Of a stretch of 64,000 nt of DNA, positions 1-13,564 are shown one piece after another. The translations under genes and the position numbers were made by a program. The notes below the pieces were generated by a model. The model ran no database searches. It worked only from the letters and a program-made list of their open reading frames with translations, and was not told the DNA's origin. Position 1 is the first letter of the stretch; each line of letters starts with the position of its first letter. Origin of the DNA: Hamiltosporidium tvaerminnensis FI-OER-3-3 (Eukaryota; Fungi; Microsporidia); assembly GCA_022605425.2 (NCBI GenBank), contig JAKIMF020000001.1:1054001-1118000 (forward strand). Direction: 5' to 3'.

Positions 1-2299
1 TATAATAAAAGTCGTTTTTTCTTTTGAAATTTATTTTAAAAAGCATATTATTGAATAAAATGCCTTTAGCATATCAGAGTAAGTAAAATTATAGAAGTGA
101 TTTGTTAAAATGACCTATCGTATCTGAAAGCATATATAAGTGAGCATGTTAAACCCATGAAGCATGCTACGCGTGCATTCTTTCAACACATTTCACCCAA
201 TATACCATATAACTAAATTTTTGATGATTTTATACTGGATTGTATAAACATCAGGTGTATGATTATCGAACTGATACTAGTTGAGGATTTCTAAATTCTT
301 TTAAATATACAAAATATCTTAGGTGTTTCGCGATGATTATAGGATCAAAGATTCATAAAAAATCCATTAAAATTTATGTTCGATATCTTTGGTGTTTCTG
401 TAACATATAATCTGATAACAGCGGTTGTTTAAAAATATACTTCTTGTCACATTTTTTATAGTTTAGGTACCATATTAATAGGTAGAACCTTATGCCTTAC
501 AAAGATGTAAAGCAAATTTTAACGTATAAATAAGTGTATAAATTTATGCCTAAAAAAATAATGACACAAACCAGATGGATTAAGATAGATCGAGCATCTA
601 AATATTTTAATTATCTATATAAGAATATAAGTAATAAACAAATAAACATTCATTTACGCATTTCTTAAGATAAACAGGTTTCAACGATCTGCTTTGTAAA
701 GCCATAAATGCTGAAAACGAGCTAGTATATTAGTGTTTATATCGAAGTAGATTCTTTTACAGTTATTGCAAAAGAAAATGCTGGGTTACATAGGGATGCC
801 TTGAATTGAGTTCTAATAAGCATGAATACCGATTGAACTAGAAATCATTACGATAAATGATTGAAATGAAAACGATAGTAAAATGGCTAAAAGATATCTA
901 GGCATTTTCAAATTTATAAAGAAAAGACTAATGAAGGTGAGAAGTAAAAAGTACATCTCAACTTGTCTATTGAGGAATAATTCTTCACAAATAAAAATGT
1001 GATCAACACAAAGACTAATTGAGTTATTTTTAACTTTTTTAAAAAATTCGGTTTTTAAACTTAAATCTTTTTTTTTGAAACACGTGATCGCAATAAAAAA
1101 CAGTATAATTAACATAATAACAGTTCCCGATGTGTAAAAATCATATTTAGTTTGTTTATTTTTTGCTTTGCAAATAATATATTTCCTTTTATATTGTTTA
1201 GATGTGCACAAAAAAATATTGCTCTCATTCGACTGAAATTCTTAAGAAATTCTTTTCTGGAAGTTTGAGATTTAAAGCACATAAGTTTTATTCAGCCTCC
1301 CTTATACATTTAAAAAAATGCTTTCTTTAAAAAAACCAATGTGGCATTAAGAAGTAATGAGTCTAAATAACGGGGATATAGAAAAAATAAGAAAAAACGA
1401 GATTGAGTATAGATCTAACCGAGGATATTAAACATGGACTTTATTAGATGATATAATTTAATAAAGACTTATACAGCTTGCTAAACACCTAAATTTTTAT
1501 CGTTTAAAGAATTCTAATATGATTATGACTCTAAATAGGATATAAATACTTTTTGGATTATATCTGCAACTTTTAAATTTATCATTGAACATGTTTTATA
1601 AACAACATAAACATGCAAAAATCACGAGCTATATCCTCTTACCCTATTTTTGATAGATATTTCGCTGTCTCAATTCATTTTTTAATTATTAAAACACCCA
1701 GTATTCTATGTTTACCTTAATTTTGTTCAAACACCTATATCTGCCCGATTCTCTCTTATTTCTATACATTTCTTGATTTTTCTTCTGTTTCGTTAGTTTA
1801 TATCCATTTAAAATTTGTATTTACCTGCCTAAAATACTAGAAAGTGATATATTCCAACATAATATCAAATAAATCGATTTTTTTGCCTTGTATTTGGATT
1901 TGGAATGTTTTTATAACAAAGAACAGGGGTATAGATCGTTATACTTTCACTAAACAGCAAAACACACTGCAAAGGCTAACTCCAAGCCAGTTATTACTGT
2001 TTCCATATGCTTTAAAGACCTACCTTTTATTTTTATAAATATTTGTTCATTCCATTGTGAATGTTGGTTCCTTTTAAAAAAGAAAGAATATGAGGACAGA
2101 TAATGGAATATAAAATATCGAACATTAGCTAGCGCAGTGCAAGAAAAGAGAAAATATATTTTGGAACAGAAAACTGCATGTTATTTGGGTTAATATGAAT
2201 TTGGTTTCAAGCAAGAATATATTCTATGAGAATCCTTTTTAAGTTTTAAAAAGCCTCGATCATGCAAATTAGTGAAACAAGCACACTATTACTCATATT

Positions 2300-3080
2300 G
2301 AAGTAAAAAATAAAATATTTTGAAAAAAACATCGATTACAGCAAAAAAATATGTCTTAAATATGTTAAAGCTTACTAAACACGTAACATAATTGATTTTT
2401 TCAAGTAACTCAGCCCAAATAGTTCAAAAATAACTTATTAATGAACTGCCTTTTTTCGATTCGACTAATTATCAGAAGATACTGAGATCAGTAATAATAT
2501 CGATAAATTTTTCACGTAAAAAAACATTAATAAGCCACCTCTTTGGTTTAAGAAAAAAAAGGCGCTCTAAAACCCGTAAATAAAGTCATATGGATGCAGT
2601 TTAAGGCTTTTTTTCTAACGGAAATAATATGAGTCCGTCGAATAAAAAAATTTTTACAAAAAAATTATTAGCTACTTGAACTGTCGAAGTATTATAAAAT
2701 ATATTAAACCTTAAAATCTAAACGTATGATCAACTTCAACATGTAAACCAGACCAAAGAAAAATGGATAAATAATATCAATGAAACAAAAGGTAAATTAT
2801 AGATTGAGCATTTTGAAATTTTTTTCCACAAATAACAAAATTAAACATCTATGCTGAATAAATATTAATTTATGCCTTCATTCTGACAAGGAGTGTTCCA
2901 CAATCAAATTTCAGAAGCTAAATGGCAGAAAAAAACAGCTATGTTTGTGCTTTGGTTGTGACAAAGTTCTTGGCAGTAGTTACATAAAAATATAAATAAG
3001 ATATACGCATGAGTTTTAAAATTTCCTTTACTGTGAGTCGAAGCGAAGGAAACCATCCAGGAAATTTATAAATGTTATTG
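2300..3080 (+). mobile_element. Highly decayed Tc1/IS630-like transposase relic
   Basis: Broken traces resembling the D..E (about 2440), MDN (about 2762) and LPPYSP-like (about 2870) motifs occur in the expected order. No ORF; boundaries approximate. Confidence 0.3.
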
Positions 3081-3508
3081 AATTATTTAACTGGGAGACT
3101 CTTATGAAATTCCAGTAATTAATTTAAATATTTTCTATAAGAATATTCTTAAAATATCTTTGTATTATTTTAAAAATCTGTGTGCAATTATTAAACATTT
3201 TTTCCAAAAATATTGATAATCAAAATTGAAAAATACTTTTCAATAATTTGGTGCAAAACCCAATGAATTTTTAGCACCGTAAATTTCTATAGAAGATCAA
3301 TATGTCCCTCAGGCTAAACTATTTGGCGACCCTGGTTCATATTATAAAGTTTGAAAATATTATTTATTCTATTTATATTTTTATCGTTTTGTCGAATTTA
3401 AAATTTAGTCCGTTTCTACGAGATTCAAAGTTAGTAGAAACATAAAACAGCAAATCAAATATTAAATAATTTTTAAAATTTTATAAAAAATTTACGGAAG
3501 ATATAAAT

Positions 3509-5602
3509 TTATTGGTTTTGTGTAACTCTTGTTTCATTTTGTAGCATTTCAATTCTTTGGGAATATTCGGATTCTGCAAGAATATAACTCGAAGAAGTAT
3601 TGTGACTTTCGAACTTTTTTAAATAAAAGGCAAACACATCGTTGCTTATTTGAAAATTTTTTATTCTTAAAAGAATGTTTGAACATCTTTCAAAATCATT
3701 TTCTCTGAAAAAGTCCCAAAAAACTTCCAATCCATATTTTTTTAAGTCAATCTCAGGTTTTTGAAATCTATAAGAAAAGATAAAAAGAACGTATTTATAC
3801 ACCAAGCTTTTGGATTCTGTTGCATATTTTAATAATAAATCTGCCAATTTATTTACTTTCAAAGAATCTTCATTGTATTTTATGAATGAAGAAGATTTTT
3901 TTTCAGTTTCCCCATGATTCTCATAAATTTTATTTCTATTCATTTCACTTCTTTTAAATTTATAAAAATTTAAATCAGTAGAACATTCTTCTTTACTACG
4001 TTTTAAAAAGCAACAAGCATCACAATTATAGAGTACGAAATCTTCTTTTTCTAAAAGTTTATTTATAAATTTTTCTATAAAAGATTCAGAAATTTTTATA
4101 AGTCCCATAATAAAAATACATTCGTTATAATATCTGTATTTAAGAGAAGTAAGAAAATAAACTCGTGCCATCGAATCATTAAAATTATATTTTAAAGCAT
4201 TTTTAAGAATATAAATTCCTTTATCATGAAATCCAAGTTCAAAATAACAATTCGCAAGGTTTACAGATGCTTTGTAATGTTTTTCATCTTTTAATAATAT
4301 TTCAGTAAAAATGCTAACTGCTCGATTTAAATTATTATTTTTTAAAAGAGCACATCCATAAGAAAATAATAATCCGGTATTGGAAGGAGCAACAGAAATA
4401 GCTTCTTCAAAACATTTTACAGCATTTTCATAATCATTATTTTTAAAATATTGTAAAGCTTTTAATTTTTTCGGTTCAAAATATTTATATGCATCATAAG
4501 CCAAATCATAATATTTAGAATTATTAGTTAAAGAACCCAGTAATATGTAACAATCTGAAATTTCTAATTTTTTAAAAAATCTATTTTTGTCATTTGGTTG
4601 CATTTTCTCCAATTCTTCAGTATTTATTTTTATTTTAAACAGTGCTTCGTTTATTGCTTCTTTTTCTTTTCCCATTCCTATGAGACAGATAATACTGTTT
4701 TTTAAATCTTTTAAATCTTTGAATATTTTCAATGCTGCATCGAAATAGAAAAGTTTTAAATTCAATTTAGCAATTTTTCTCATTTTTTCTATCATAAATT
4801 TAGCATTTATTTCAAAAATATTTTCATTCCAAGGAATTTTAGTATTTTTTGCGGTAATTTTTTGAAGTGAAAAGAGACTTTCATAAGATATATCATAAAT
4901 TGTGGAGTAAAATGCGGTATTTAATTCTATAATTATGTTTTTTTGATTTTCTTTATATTCCAATCTTTCTAAATACGAAATAATTATATCTTTTAATATT
5001 AATTCGTCATTTTCTACAAATAAAAACATTTCAAGTTCTGCAAGTAAAACGATTTGTTCTTTTATTGTCAATGGTTTGATAAAAACTGTAAAAAATTCAG
5101 CTCTTTTAGATTTTTTTGATAATTTGCCACAACATTCTTCCTCACTTTCTACATTCAAAAACAATATAGCAGATTCACGTATATTTGGTTTCAATAATCT
5201 AGCATCTACTCCTATAATTTCAGTTTTAATTTTATTCTCTTCTTTAAACTTTTCAATAAGTGATCTACATTCTTTTTCCAACTTTAATTCCGAATAAATT
5301 TTAATTTTTTCGAGAATTGAAACATCAGAAATCAACAATAAATCAATTATTTCAATTCTAAGAGATATTTCTTCCTCAGAAATACATTTATAAAGATAAA
5401 ATGCAGATCTCAAATGTAAATTGACAAATTTATATTGTTTTGCTTCTTCGTAAACTTCAATTAATTTTTCAATATTTTTAATACCATTTTTTGTTTTTAT
5501 GTTTCTGAAAATAAAATATGAATGTTGTTTAGTCATACCATTTAAATTCTCAAGAATAAATGATTTGAGTTGATTTTCCAATTCAATAAGCTTTTTTTCC
5601 AT
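3509..5602 (-). CDS. TPR-repeat protein (TTC27/Emw1-like), 697 aa
   Basis: Long ORF with TPR helices (YFKNNDYENAVKCFEEAISVAPSNTGLLFSYGCALLK; ASVNLANCY). CCCT immediately precedes the ATG. Confidence 0.8.
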   Translation of the reverse strand: MEKKLIELENQLKSFILENLNGMTKQHSYFIFRNIKTKNGIKNIEKLIEVYEEAKQYKFVNLHLRSAFYLYKCISEEEISLRIEIIDLLLISDVSILEKIKIYSELKLEKECRSLIEKFKEENKIKTEIIGVDARLLKPNIRESAILFLNVESEEECCGKLSKKSKRAEFFTVFIKPLTIKEQIVLLAELEMFLFVENDELILKDIIISYLERLEYKENQKNIIIELNTAFYSTIYDISYESLFSLQKITAKNTKIPWNENIFEINAKFMIEKMRKIAKLNLKLFYFDAALKIFKDLKDLKNSIICLIGMGKEKEAINEALFKIKINTEELEKMQPNDKNRFFKKLEISDCYILLGSLTNNSKYYDLAYDAYKYFEPKKLKALQYFKNNDYENAVKCFEEAISVAPSNTGLLFSYGCALLKNNNLNRAVSIFTEILLKDEKHYKASVNLANCYFELGFHDKGIYILKNALKYNFNDSMARVYFLTSLKYRYYNECIFIMGLIKISESFIEKFINKLLEKEDFVLYNCDACCFLKRSKEECSTDLNFYKFKRSEMNRNKIYENHGETEKKSSSFIKYNEDSLKVNKLADLLLKYATESKSLVYKYVLFIFSYRFQKPEIDLKKYGLEVFWDFFRENDFERCSNILLRIKNFQISNDVFAFYLKKFESHNTSSSYILAESEYSQRIEMLQNETRVTQNQ

Positions 5603-6264
5603 AGGGATATGTTTTTTGTTAGTTTTATATTTGAATACAAATTTATATAAATTTATCGTTTTTAATAAACAAAATATATTTTTAAGACATTTTTTTATTC
5701 TTGAAATAAAAATTTCTAATATTAAAATAATCTTATAAAAGTTTTTATTGAATTATTACTTACAAGCATTTATAGTAAAAAAATCATTTCTCTTATATTT
5801 TGAAAACAGAAAAAAAAATTATAGTTATTCAAAAAATGTTTTTTTTCCAGCAAATAATTTTATAGACTTTTACAGCAAATATATTTCATTTGTATATTTT
5901 TGTATTATCGTATAATGTAATCAAGTTAGCATATGGTTATTTTAAAATTTATTATGAATCTATCTTCTTTTTATAGAAATTAATTTTTTATCTTTGCTTT
6001 TTTGATTATTTTTTCCATTATAATAATATAATTCTAAAGAAGATTGTACTATTGTCTTTGAAAATTCTAAAATTTTTTTGTATTAGAATTAAGAAATTTG
6101 CTTCAACATAATAAAAATATTTATTTTTCCAATTATAGATTTATTTAGATTAACATATAATTTAGGAGCGAATTTTTACTTTTTGTTATTCATTTTAATA
6201 AATTTAGAATCAAACAACTATTTAATTTTAAATATTCTTAAAATCTATTATTTATATGATTGAG

Positions 6265-7170
6265 TAATGTTGCGAATGATAACGACCCATCTCGAAATGC
6301 TTAATTAGTTAAAAAAAGTGAAACGCCAATAACAGGGATCCGAATAAGAATGAGGCAAATTTTGATTTGTTCATAAATCTTAAGCTGCCAATAATATTAA
6401 GTAGAAGCAGAATATGAAAGACTGAAAATGTTTAATCGGATCAAAAAATCTTTTTTTAGATTGTAAGTTGTAACAAGAATGGCATATTAGATATTTTTTT
6501 TATTTTTCCTAAAGTGTTCATTTTTTCAAAAAAAAAATTATCAACAATTTACCCAGGTTTTTATTCTGAAAATTTTCACTATTTATACACAATTTTATAA
6601 TATGGTTGATGCTTTTTTTGAGAATACTCTGTACAAATTATTCATCTATTTAATAATAATTGCTAAAGACAATTATTGATTTAGCAAACTATATAATGGT
6701 ATACTTGATTGATATAAATGATTTACGTAACGATAACTATGAGGTTATATAATTATCGAATTCACTAATACACTTCGTTGAACATAAAATGTTGTTTCAC
6801 CCACATAAAATACTCCCCATAGACAATTTCAATCTCGAAGGAAGAAGATGGAATAAAAATTGATGTTAACCTAAACCGACTAAATATAAGATACCTAGCT
6901 GAAGGTCTGGAATATTGAAGGTAATCAAAACATAAGAAGAGAAATATGAAGGTTAAAAAAAGCCTAAATATATTTTGGGAAATTGCACAAAATCGGATAA
7001 TAATTCGGAAATGAAAAACTAGAAAAAATATACAAGAAAGAGGCCATCGGGTGAGAATATAAAATTATAATTGAAAAGATTGGGAAAATATGAGTCAGAT
7101 AAAATTTTAATATCATTTTCAAAATTACTACTTAGTTTGGCTAAATGTAAACCAAAGTTTATAACGAGCT
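6265..7170. repeat. Dispersed ~0.9 kb repeat, copy 1 (copy 2 at about 20327-21240); unclassified TE relic
   Basis: Colinear shared blocks, e.g. TTGTTCATAAATCTTA..CCAATAATA..AGTAGAA near the start and ACGAGCTTAAC at the end, in both copies. Confidence 0.6.
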
Positions 7171-8694
7171 TAACAGATGGTATTATTATGCTAGATGTTA
7201 CGATTCATTCTAAATAATTAGAACCATATAAATTAGCTTTGTAATGTATTTCGAAGTATATGTTTTATGATTTATTAATTTAGAGAAATACTTATATACT
7301 CCGGTCTTCTTTTACCTCTCATTATCCGAGATGAAGAAATGGAAGTTTTACATATGTTTGTTTTAATCGATTATTACTCGTAATTATAAGGAATTGGCCT
7401 ATGAATCCATTGTGTTTTATATTTTATTTAAATGTGAACAATAGTTTTTGAACAATTCTACACACTCATTGCCAAGCAGAAAAATTTAATGTCATTATCC
7501 TATTTACCAATTTGATAGAGATGCTAAATATAACTCCACCCTCTTAAACCACATTATTTTGTAGCTTGTTCATATATTTCAAATTTTTTTGAAGACTACG
7601 AGTTCTAGAGTTTTCAGAATATTTCAAATACAATCAAATGTAGACACCTAATCCTAAGTTAATGTAAACAGAAAAGTTTTTGGAATATTCAGTTTAAATT
7701 AGAAACATCCTGAGATATTAAAAATATTTGAACATTTATATTTCTTACTCAATTCATGTAGTTATTTATTTTTTCAGTGAATATTTTTCGAGTTAAAAAG
7801 TAGGACCGAGCTTTTAATTTCTTTATCCTCACTTTAACTACTTTAATTTATTCTTCTAAATCGGATTCTTCATTTAAATTTATCATCAGTTTCTTAAATA
7901 GAATGTCTTCAGCCAAATAAATGACATGATATTTCTTATCTCTACTGGATAAAAAATATAATACCTGTTGCTTGGTTTTCTCACATAATGTATTGGTTTT
8001 TCGCGCATACCGGCATCTTTTTAACATCTAAAGATGTTTTCGAAGCATTCTTCGGCATTATGTGCTGACTAAAGTTCTTTTCTCGGATCAAAATAAATTG
8101 TTTAGATGATCTTTTGAGCATTGATGATCGTATATATGCCTCTATATTTTTAGGCACACGAAGTCTTTTAAAATATATTTTTTGACATTATTTTACGATG
8201 ACATGTTCCAAATTAAACATAAGATATATTCTCAACACCCATTTGCTTTGTCGATTTAAGACCCACAAAGAACCAGGGCTCTATAACGATATTTGTTTAT
8301 TCTTACAGATTTAACGACAAACTTGCAAAAAATAGTTAAATATTTTCATAACTTTTTTCTATTCTGTGAAAATTCAGTTTTATAAGATAGGATCGTTGGC
8401 CATATCCGAACCTCCTTTCTTTATCTTAGATTATAACCAGCAAATAGTAGAGTGTCACGAGCTCTGTAGCGTTTATCTAGTACCTCTTCTATGAGAAAGA
8501 CCAAAAGTATTCACCTAAAAACAATAAATTTATAAATAATAAAAATTAAGAGTTTTTTTTAGAAAATGTCTATAATATTAGATAAAAAGTCCGAAATAAG
8601 ATCCAATTTAAATGGGAACATGTTGAAAAATTAATGAAATGATATTATCCCCATTTAAGAACTTATTTCTTAAGTAGAACCTCTGCGAATCAAT

Positions 8695-9372
8695 TTATGA
8701 ACAATAAAGGTAATACATTCGAAAGAATCTGCAAGTAATGTTTTTGTTTGATACAAATTCAAACGATTTGATACAATCAAAAACCGGCGCTCTTGGAACC
8801 GAATAGGATACTTCATATGCCTGTACCTTTTTTTCATCGAGTATATTAAAATAAACGCGCTTGGTTTCGTTTTCTCTGGTTTTATTGAAAGTTTTTTTGA
8901 GAAAATCTGATATTTCATAAATAAATTTAACATCCGGTGCGGATTTTAGCCAAAAACCAATTTTAGCAAGGAAACTTATATCTTCTAATATTTTAGATAA
9001 CCCTCTGTCCCTTGATTTATCAGCAAAATACAAATTTGCTTCTGGGCCTTTAAACAAAATCAGATCATCACTTTTTTGCTCTAACAGTTGAACCATTTTA
9101 TCGTATAAGGTCTGATTTCGAAATTTAAATCCCAAAACACCCACAAATGGTTTATCTTTAGCCAAAAAAACCACAATTTTTGAAGTTTTAAATAAAGACA
9201 ACATGTTTTTAAAACCATCTGATTTCGAGATTGTTTTAAAATCCTCTCGAAAATCTTTCACAATTTTACAAGCACTATTGTAGCCAATAAATCCAATTAC
9301 TACCCCAATAGTTATCAAAACAACACTAATAATAATTGCGATTCGAAATTTTTTGTTGTGAAAGAGTTGCAT
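8695..9372 (-). CDS. Lineage-specific protein with N-terminal transmembrane/signal anchor, 225 aa
   Basis: ORF with a hydrophobic N-terminal segment (IAIIISVVLITIGVVIGFIGY) and GCC before the ATG. No domain recognised. Confidence 0.65.
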   Translation of the reverse strand: MQLFHNKKFRIAIIISVVLITIGVVIGFIGYNSACKIVKDFREDFKTISKSDGFKNMLSLFKTSKIVVFLAKDKPFVGVLGFKFRNQTLYDKMVQLLEQKSDDLILFKGPEANLYFADKSRDRGLSKILEDISFLAKIGFWLKSAPDVKFIYEISDFLKKTFNKTRENETKRVYFNILDEKKVQAYEVSYSVPRAPVFDCIKSFEFVSNKNITCRFFRMYYLYCS

Positions 9373-10099
9373 GGCTTACATTTCTTTTAGATCTAGATTA
9401 TTTAAGTTCTTTTAATCCAAATAACGATAAAAAGATAGCATTTAATTCGCTTAATTTACTTTAATCATAAAAAATAAAAAATAGAAGAATCTCCTATTTC
9501 AAAATCATGTAAGATATAAGTTTATGTTGATAAACGGTCCGATTTTTTAAAATTCCGTCATATAATATATAAGGAATATAAAAATCTCCGATTTATATTC
9601 GAAAAAAAATATAATAGTTGGGATAAAAACATCCTATTTTACAACATTTTTATTATAAATTTTTTTTAATAAATAAAATATTTTATGAATTCTCTAATGT
9701 AAAAAATTTGTTTAATTATTAAACTTGAACGTCAGAGAATCAGCATTAATGCGTTTTGATTTGAACGGGAATTTTTAGAAAAAATTGACTAGGATCATTA
9801 AAATAACCCAACCGATTCTATGTTAAAATAATCAAAATATTTAATACGGCGATCTTTCCGTGTTTTTTGCTTCATCAAATCTCTCTCTAGTTATATTTGA
9901 CTTTTTTCTATATTTAAATCCAATGTCTTGATATGCGTCCTTTTATCCCTAAGTTTGGTTCGATGGTTTCTTTCTCTATCGATTAACCATGTTTTATTTG
10001 CTGCTTTACAATTAAAGTGGGTTTAGAACGCAAGCGTGTTTATTTTTTTGACCTCTATGTGCTCTTTTACATCCAATAGGCTTTTCATCTTGGCTCAAA

Positions 10100-13000
10100 A
10101 TCCATAATCGCTAAAAAAATTAAGCCTACATTTTTGCGCCTAATTCATTTGGGATGCTTGTAAGGCTATAGGGATTAAAAATTTTACGATTAAATTTTTT
10201 TATTTTATGTCAATACTATCCCAGGTCATAACATCAGAAATCACATCTTCACAAAATCTATGCATAAGACCAAGTTCATTAACTAAAAAATCAACCTTTC
10301 TTCGATTTCTATTTTCAATAGATTAAATAAAATCCTTGTGCTGATTCCTAGCTAATAAATGTAACATAATTAAATTTGTTAATCGACTAAATAAGATGGT
10401 GTATTATTCCGGATTTCGATAACAGCTTCTATTCTGGAGTTTTGGTCAATTTTCTAGAGTTTATTTTCAAAACCTTCTTAAAAAAGTTCAATTTCAAATA
10501 TGTTTTGAAGTATTAAACTTATATTTATTAATTGATGTAGGATTTTGATATCAGTTCACCTCTTTGTGGCATCTTGTATAGCCATAACTGAGCATTTACA
10601 TATAGCTGCCACATTAACGACCCTATTTTGAAGTTTTCAAAATGTTAAACTTTTATTCTGTACCCTACCATTGAATACATTTTATATTAAATCTAACAGA
10701 AGATTGTTTTGTCACGAGGCTTGATCTCTTTCTTTTAAGACATTTGAAAAATAATAATAGGAGCCAACCCATAGTTCTAAAATTATATAATTTTGAATTG
10801 ATTTTTGCGGTTCTATTTTGTTATAAAATTTGCTAGTTTAGTTTCTATCCGAAATTTATCTTTCAACCTATATTTTAACAATTCAAAGCCTTCTATTAGT
10901 GCAAAATATGACTATTTCCATTTTAAACTTTTTGATCGCTTTTCTTCTTGTAGTTATTTCCTTATTTATTTCCAAAAATTCAAACGTGACAAATCTTAAG
11001 TTTGATTCTTAATCCACACCATAAAAGTTCTTTAATTCTTAATATTTAGGTTAATTAGACATTCATTATATCATAGTCCTGAATATAACAGAATTTTCAG
11101 CAACGCAGCACTCTTTGCATCAGTAAGCCGAAAAAATAGCTAGTTCCTGTCGAAGCACTTTGGCATAATAATATGAACGATGTCGCATATTTACTAATCG
11201 CAAGAAATATATTTTGTGAATTTAATTCGATGTGACAAAGTTCTTCGATTCTTATTACAAGGTTCTGTTTTACTCATAAGAATGACCTTATTCATTGGTA
11301 TTCTTTAATATTTTCTATTTTATCAAGTATTTATAATCAAAAAAATTTTCTTTGAAGACTAGAAGTTCCTATATAACACATATCATTTATAGCGAATACC
11401 CCCTTGATATATAACCATGTTTCTTAAAAACAGATATTATACTTGGTTTTCAATAAGACTGGGTATTACTTATTATTCGGCTAAGTTTAAGATGATCTCT
11501 TAACTAGGGATGATTGGTCTTGTGTAATCTATATCCGCATATAATTCACTTTATATATTTCAGGTAAAGCCAGCGAGTCAACAGATGCAAAAAACGCTCA
11601 AGATAAACTATTCACAGATTTCTTATTTTAATCATTTTCATTTGATTTTTTAAGACTTTATTGATGTATAAACTATACATTTCGATATTAAAATCATAGT
11701 AAATTTTAGGATTCAATCAGAAAGTTGAGGTTTTCAGTAATTTGCCAAAAAAATCAATCATTAAATCACATGCCTTTTTTTAAATAAATATGTTGCTTTC
11801 TAGTTTTTTCAATATCTTAATTCAGTACAAAAATTATTAGAGCCTGCTTTCTATCTTCTTGCATCCTCTTGCATAATTAGTTAATTTTATAGCAGAAGCA
11901 ATAATCTTTCATTTTAAAGTTTTAAAACGCTGGTTACACATTTGTCATTACCTTATAAAGCCATAAGATATAAATTTGCCGTATATAGATATTGTTTCTT
12001 TATGGTATATTTTCAGAATCAAGAACGTAAGCTCATAGTGAGACATAATTCTTAATATGCTCTTTCAAGAGATGTAACTTTTATAATATCATAAAGATGT
12101 TTGCTAAGAGTTGTAAGTTTTGTGATTTAAAATATATGGTTACCCTCAATTTCAGTAGCTTGCTGAACAGGAAGCCCCAATTTGTGAGATCATTTTAAAC
12201 CCATCAAATGAAGAAAACGAGGCCCGAAGAAAATCTTGTACGGAGAGTATTATCTTCTATTTATATGTTAAATAATTTTTCTTGTTCGAAATCGTTGACC
12301 AAAAAACTTATAATTTCATCTCGATTGGGCATATACTCAAATCCACGACCATAAAATATCACGATAAATCGATTTGGAATTACAAAAACTTAAAATTCTC
12401 TTTTCGGAAGTACGCCACTATCTTGGATAGGTTTTAATTTATAGACATTAAAAAATTATATTGCTTTAACTAGAGCTACTGAAAACTAATTCTAATTCCT
12501 TAAGTTAACGTTAAAATCTCCCATGAATTTCTTGAAGATTTTTGTTTTAGAAGTGGAGAGTTTTTCTGTCTCGAGCTTTCTCCCGAAGTTCTTATCAAAA
12601 GTACTAACTTGGAAACTTCACCTTCTATAGTTCATTACAATGAATCTATGCTTATCTTTATATATTGTCACGCCATAGCATACCCCTTACTTGTATGATG
12701 AGCATGGGGTTAACAATTGACCTAGACAACACAAGAAAACACATATTCCCCAGTTATTCATTAATAAATTCAAGAGTTTTATATTCATATTTGGTAGAAA
12801 ATTTCAAGTTTAAACCACTATTTTTCAAATTACTTTTCTGTAATTTCTTTAAGTTTACCCAAATATTTGCCTTTTTGGTTCGCTTCTCGGCAGAGTCAGC
12901 CAAGAAACATATCAAATTGAGATAAAATAAAAATATATATGCGTTTTTTTATTCTCTTACTTTATTTTCGCTTCATTTGATCTAAGGTCTTCAACATATC

Positions 13001-13350
13001 GAGGGCTACGATAGAAAAAAGTTTCTCAAATTAGTATATGTGGAACACTTTACAACCATATGGGACATTTTTACAACCCTGTCTGTCTTGCAAAAAAAAC
13101 AACTCATCCAAAATTCTGACCATTGGCTGTTACAATCGAAGAGATTTCTCCGTATTTTTATCCGGTTTACTTCGGGAATAGCTAGTGAATAGGGGGTGTA
13201 AGAATTATACAAGGGTACGCACATAGATACCTTACTTTACAAAAGAGGTTTGTATATGACGGAGTTATATATTTAACCTTCTTTCAGAAAAATCGTGCTC
13301 TTTGTTGTGTTTGGTTAGTATGCGTGCGTTTTTTGTGGTGAAAAGAAATA
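10100..13350 (-). mobile_element. Decayed Ty3/Gypsy-like LTR retrotransposon pol region
   Basis: Fragmentary resemblance to RT (MPFGL-like near 12170-12205), RNase H (AD.LSR-like near 11230-11260) and integrase further downstream, in gypsy order. No ORF or LTR resolved. Confidence 0.3.
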
Positions 13351-13564
13351 TTTGGTGATTTAGTAGAGTTTATATATTATTTTGTATTCTATTTTTTCCG
13401 TTTCTCTTCAGTTCGTCCTATCGATTTTATTTTTTATTTTAACCTTTTTTCTCATGAAATATCAATTATCAAAAAAAAATTAAACTTATGATAAATATTT
13501 TATATTAAATTGTTAAGCTGTCATAAAATGCTTATTTAATTTAGATTTTAATTATACCATCAAT

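Noticed and set aside
813-1211. 132-aa hydrophobic ORF
   Set aside because: GTG start, no CCC motif and no domain. At most a pseudogene fragment.
8670-8933. 87-aa ORF overlapping the 3' end of the 225-aa gene as a possible frameshift extension
   Set aside because: It extends only 25 nt further, and there is no slippery site or homology evidence.
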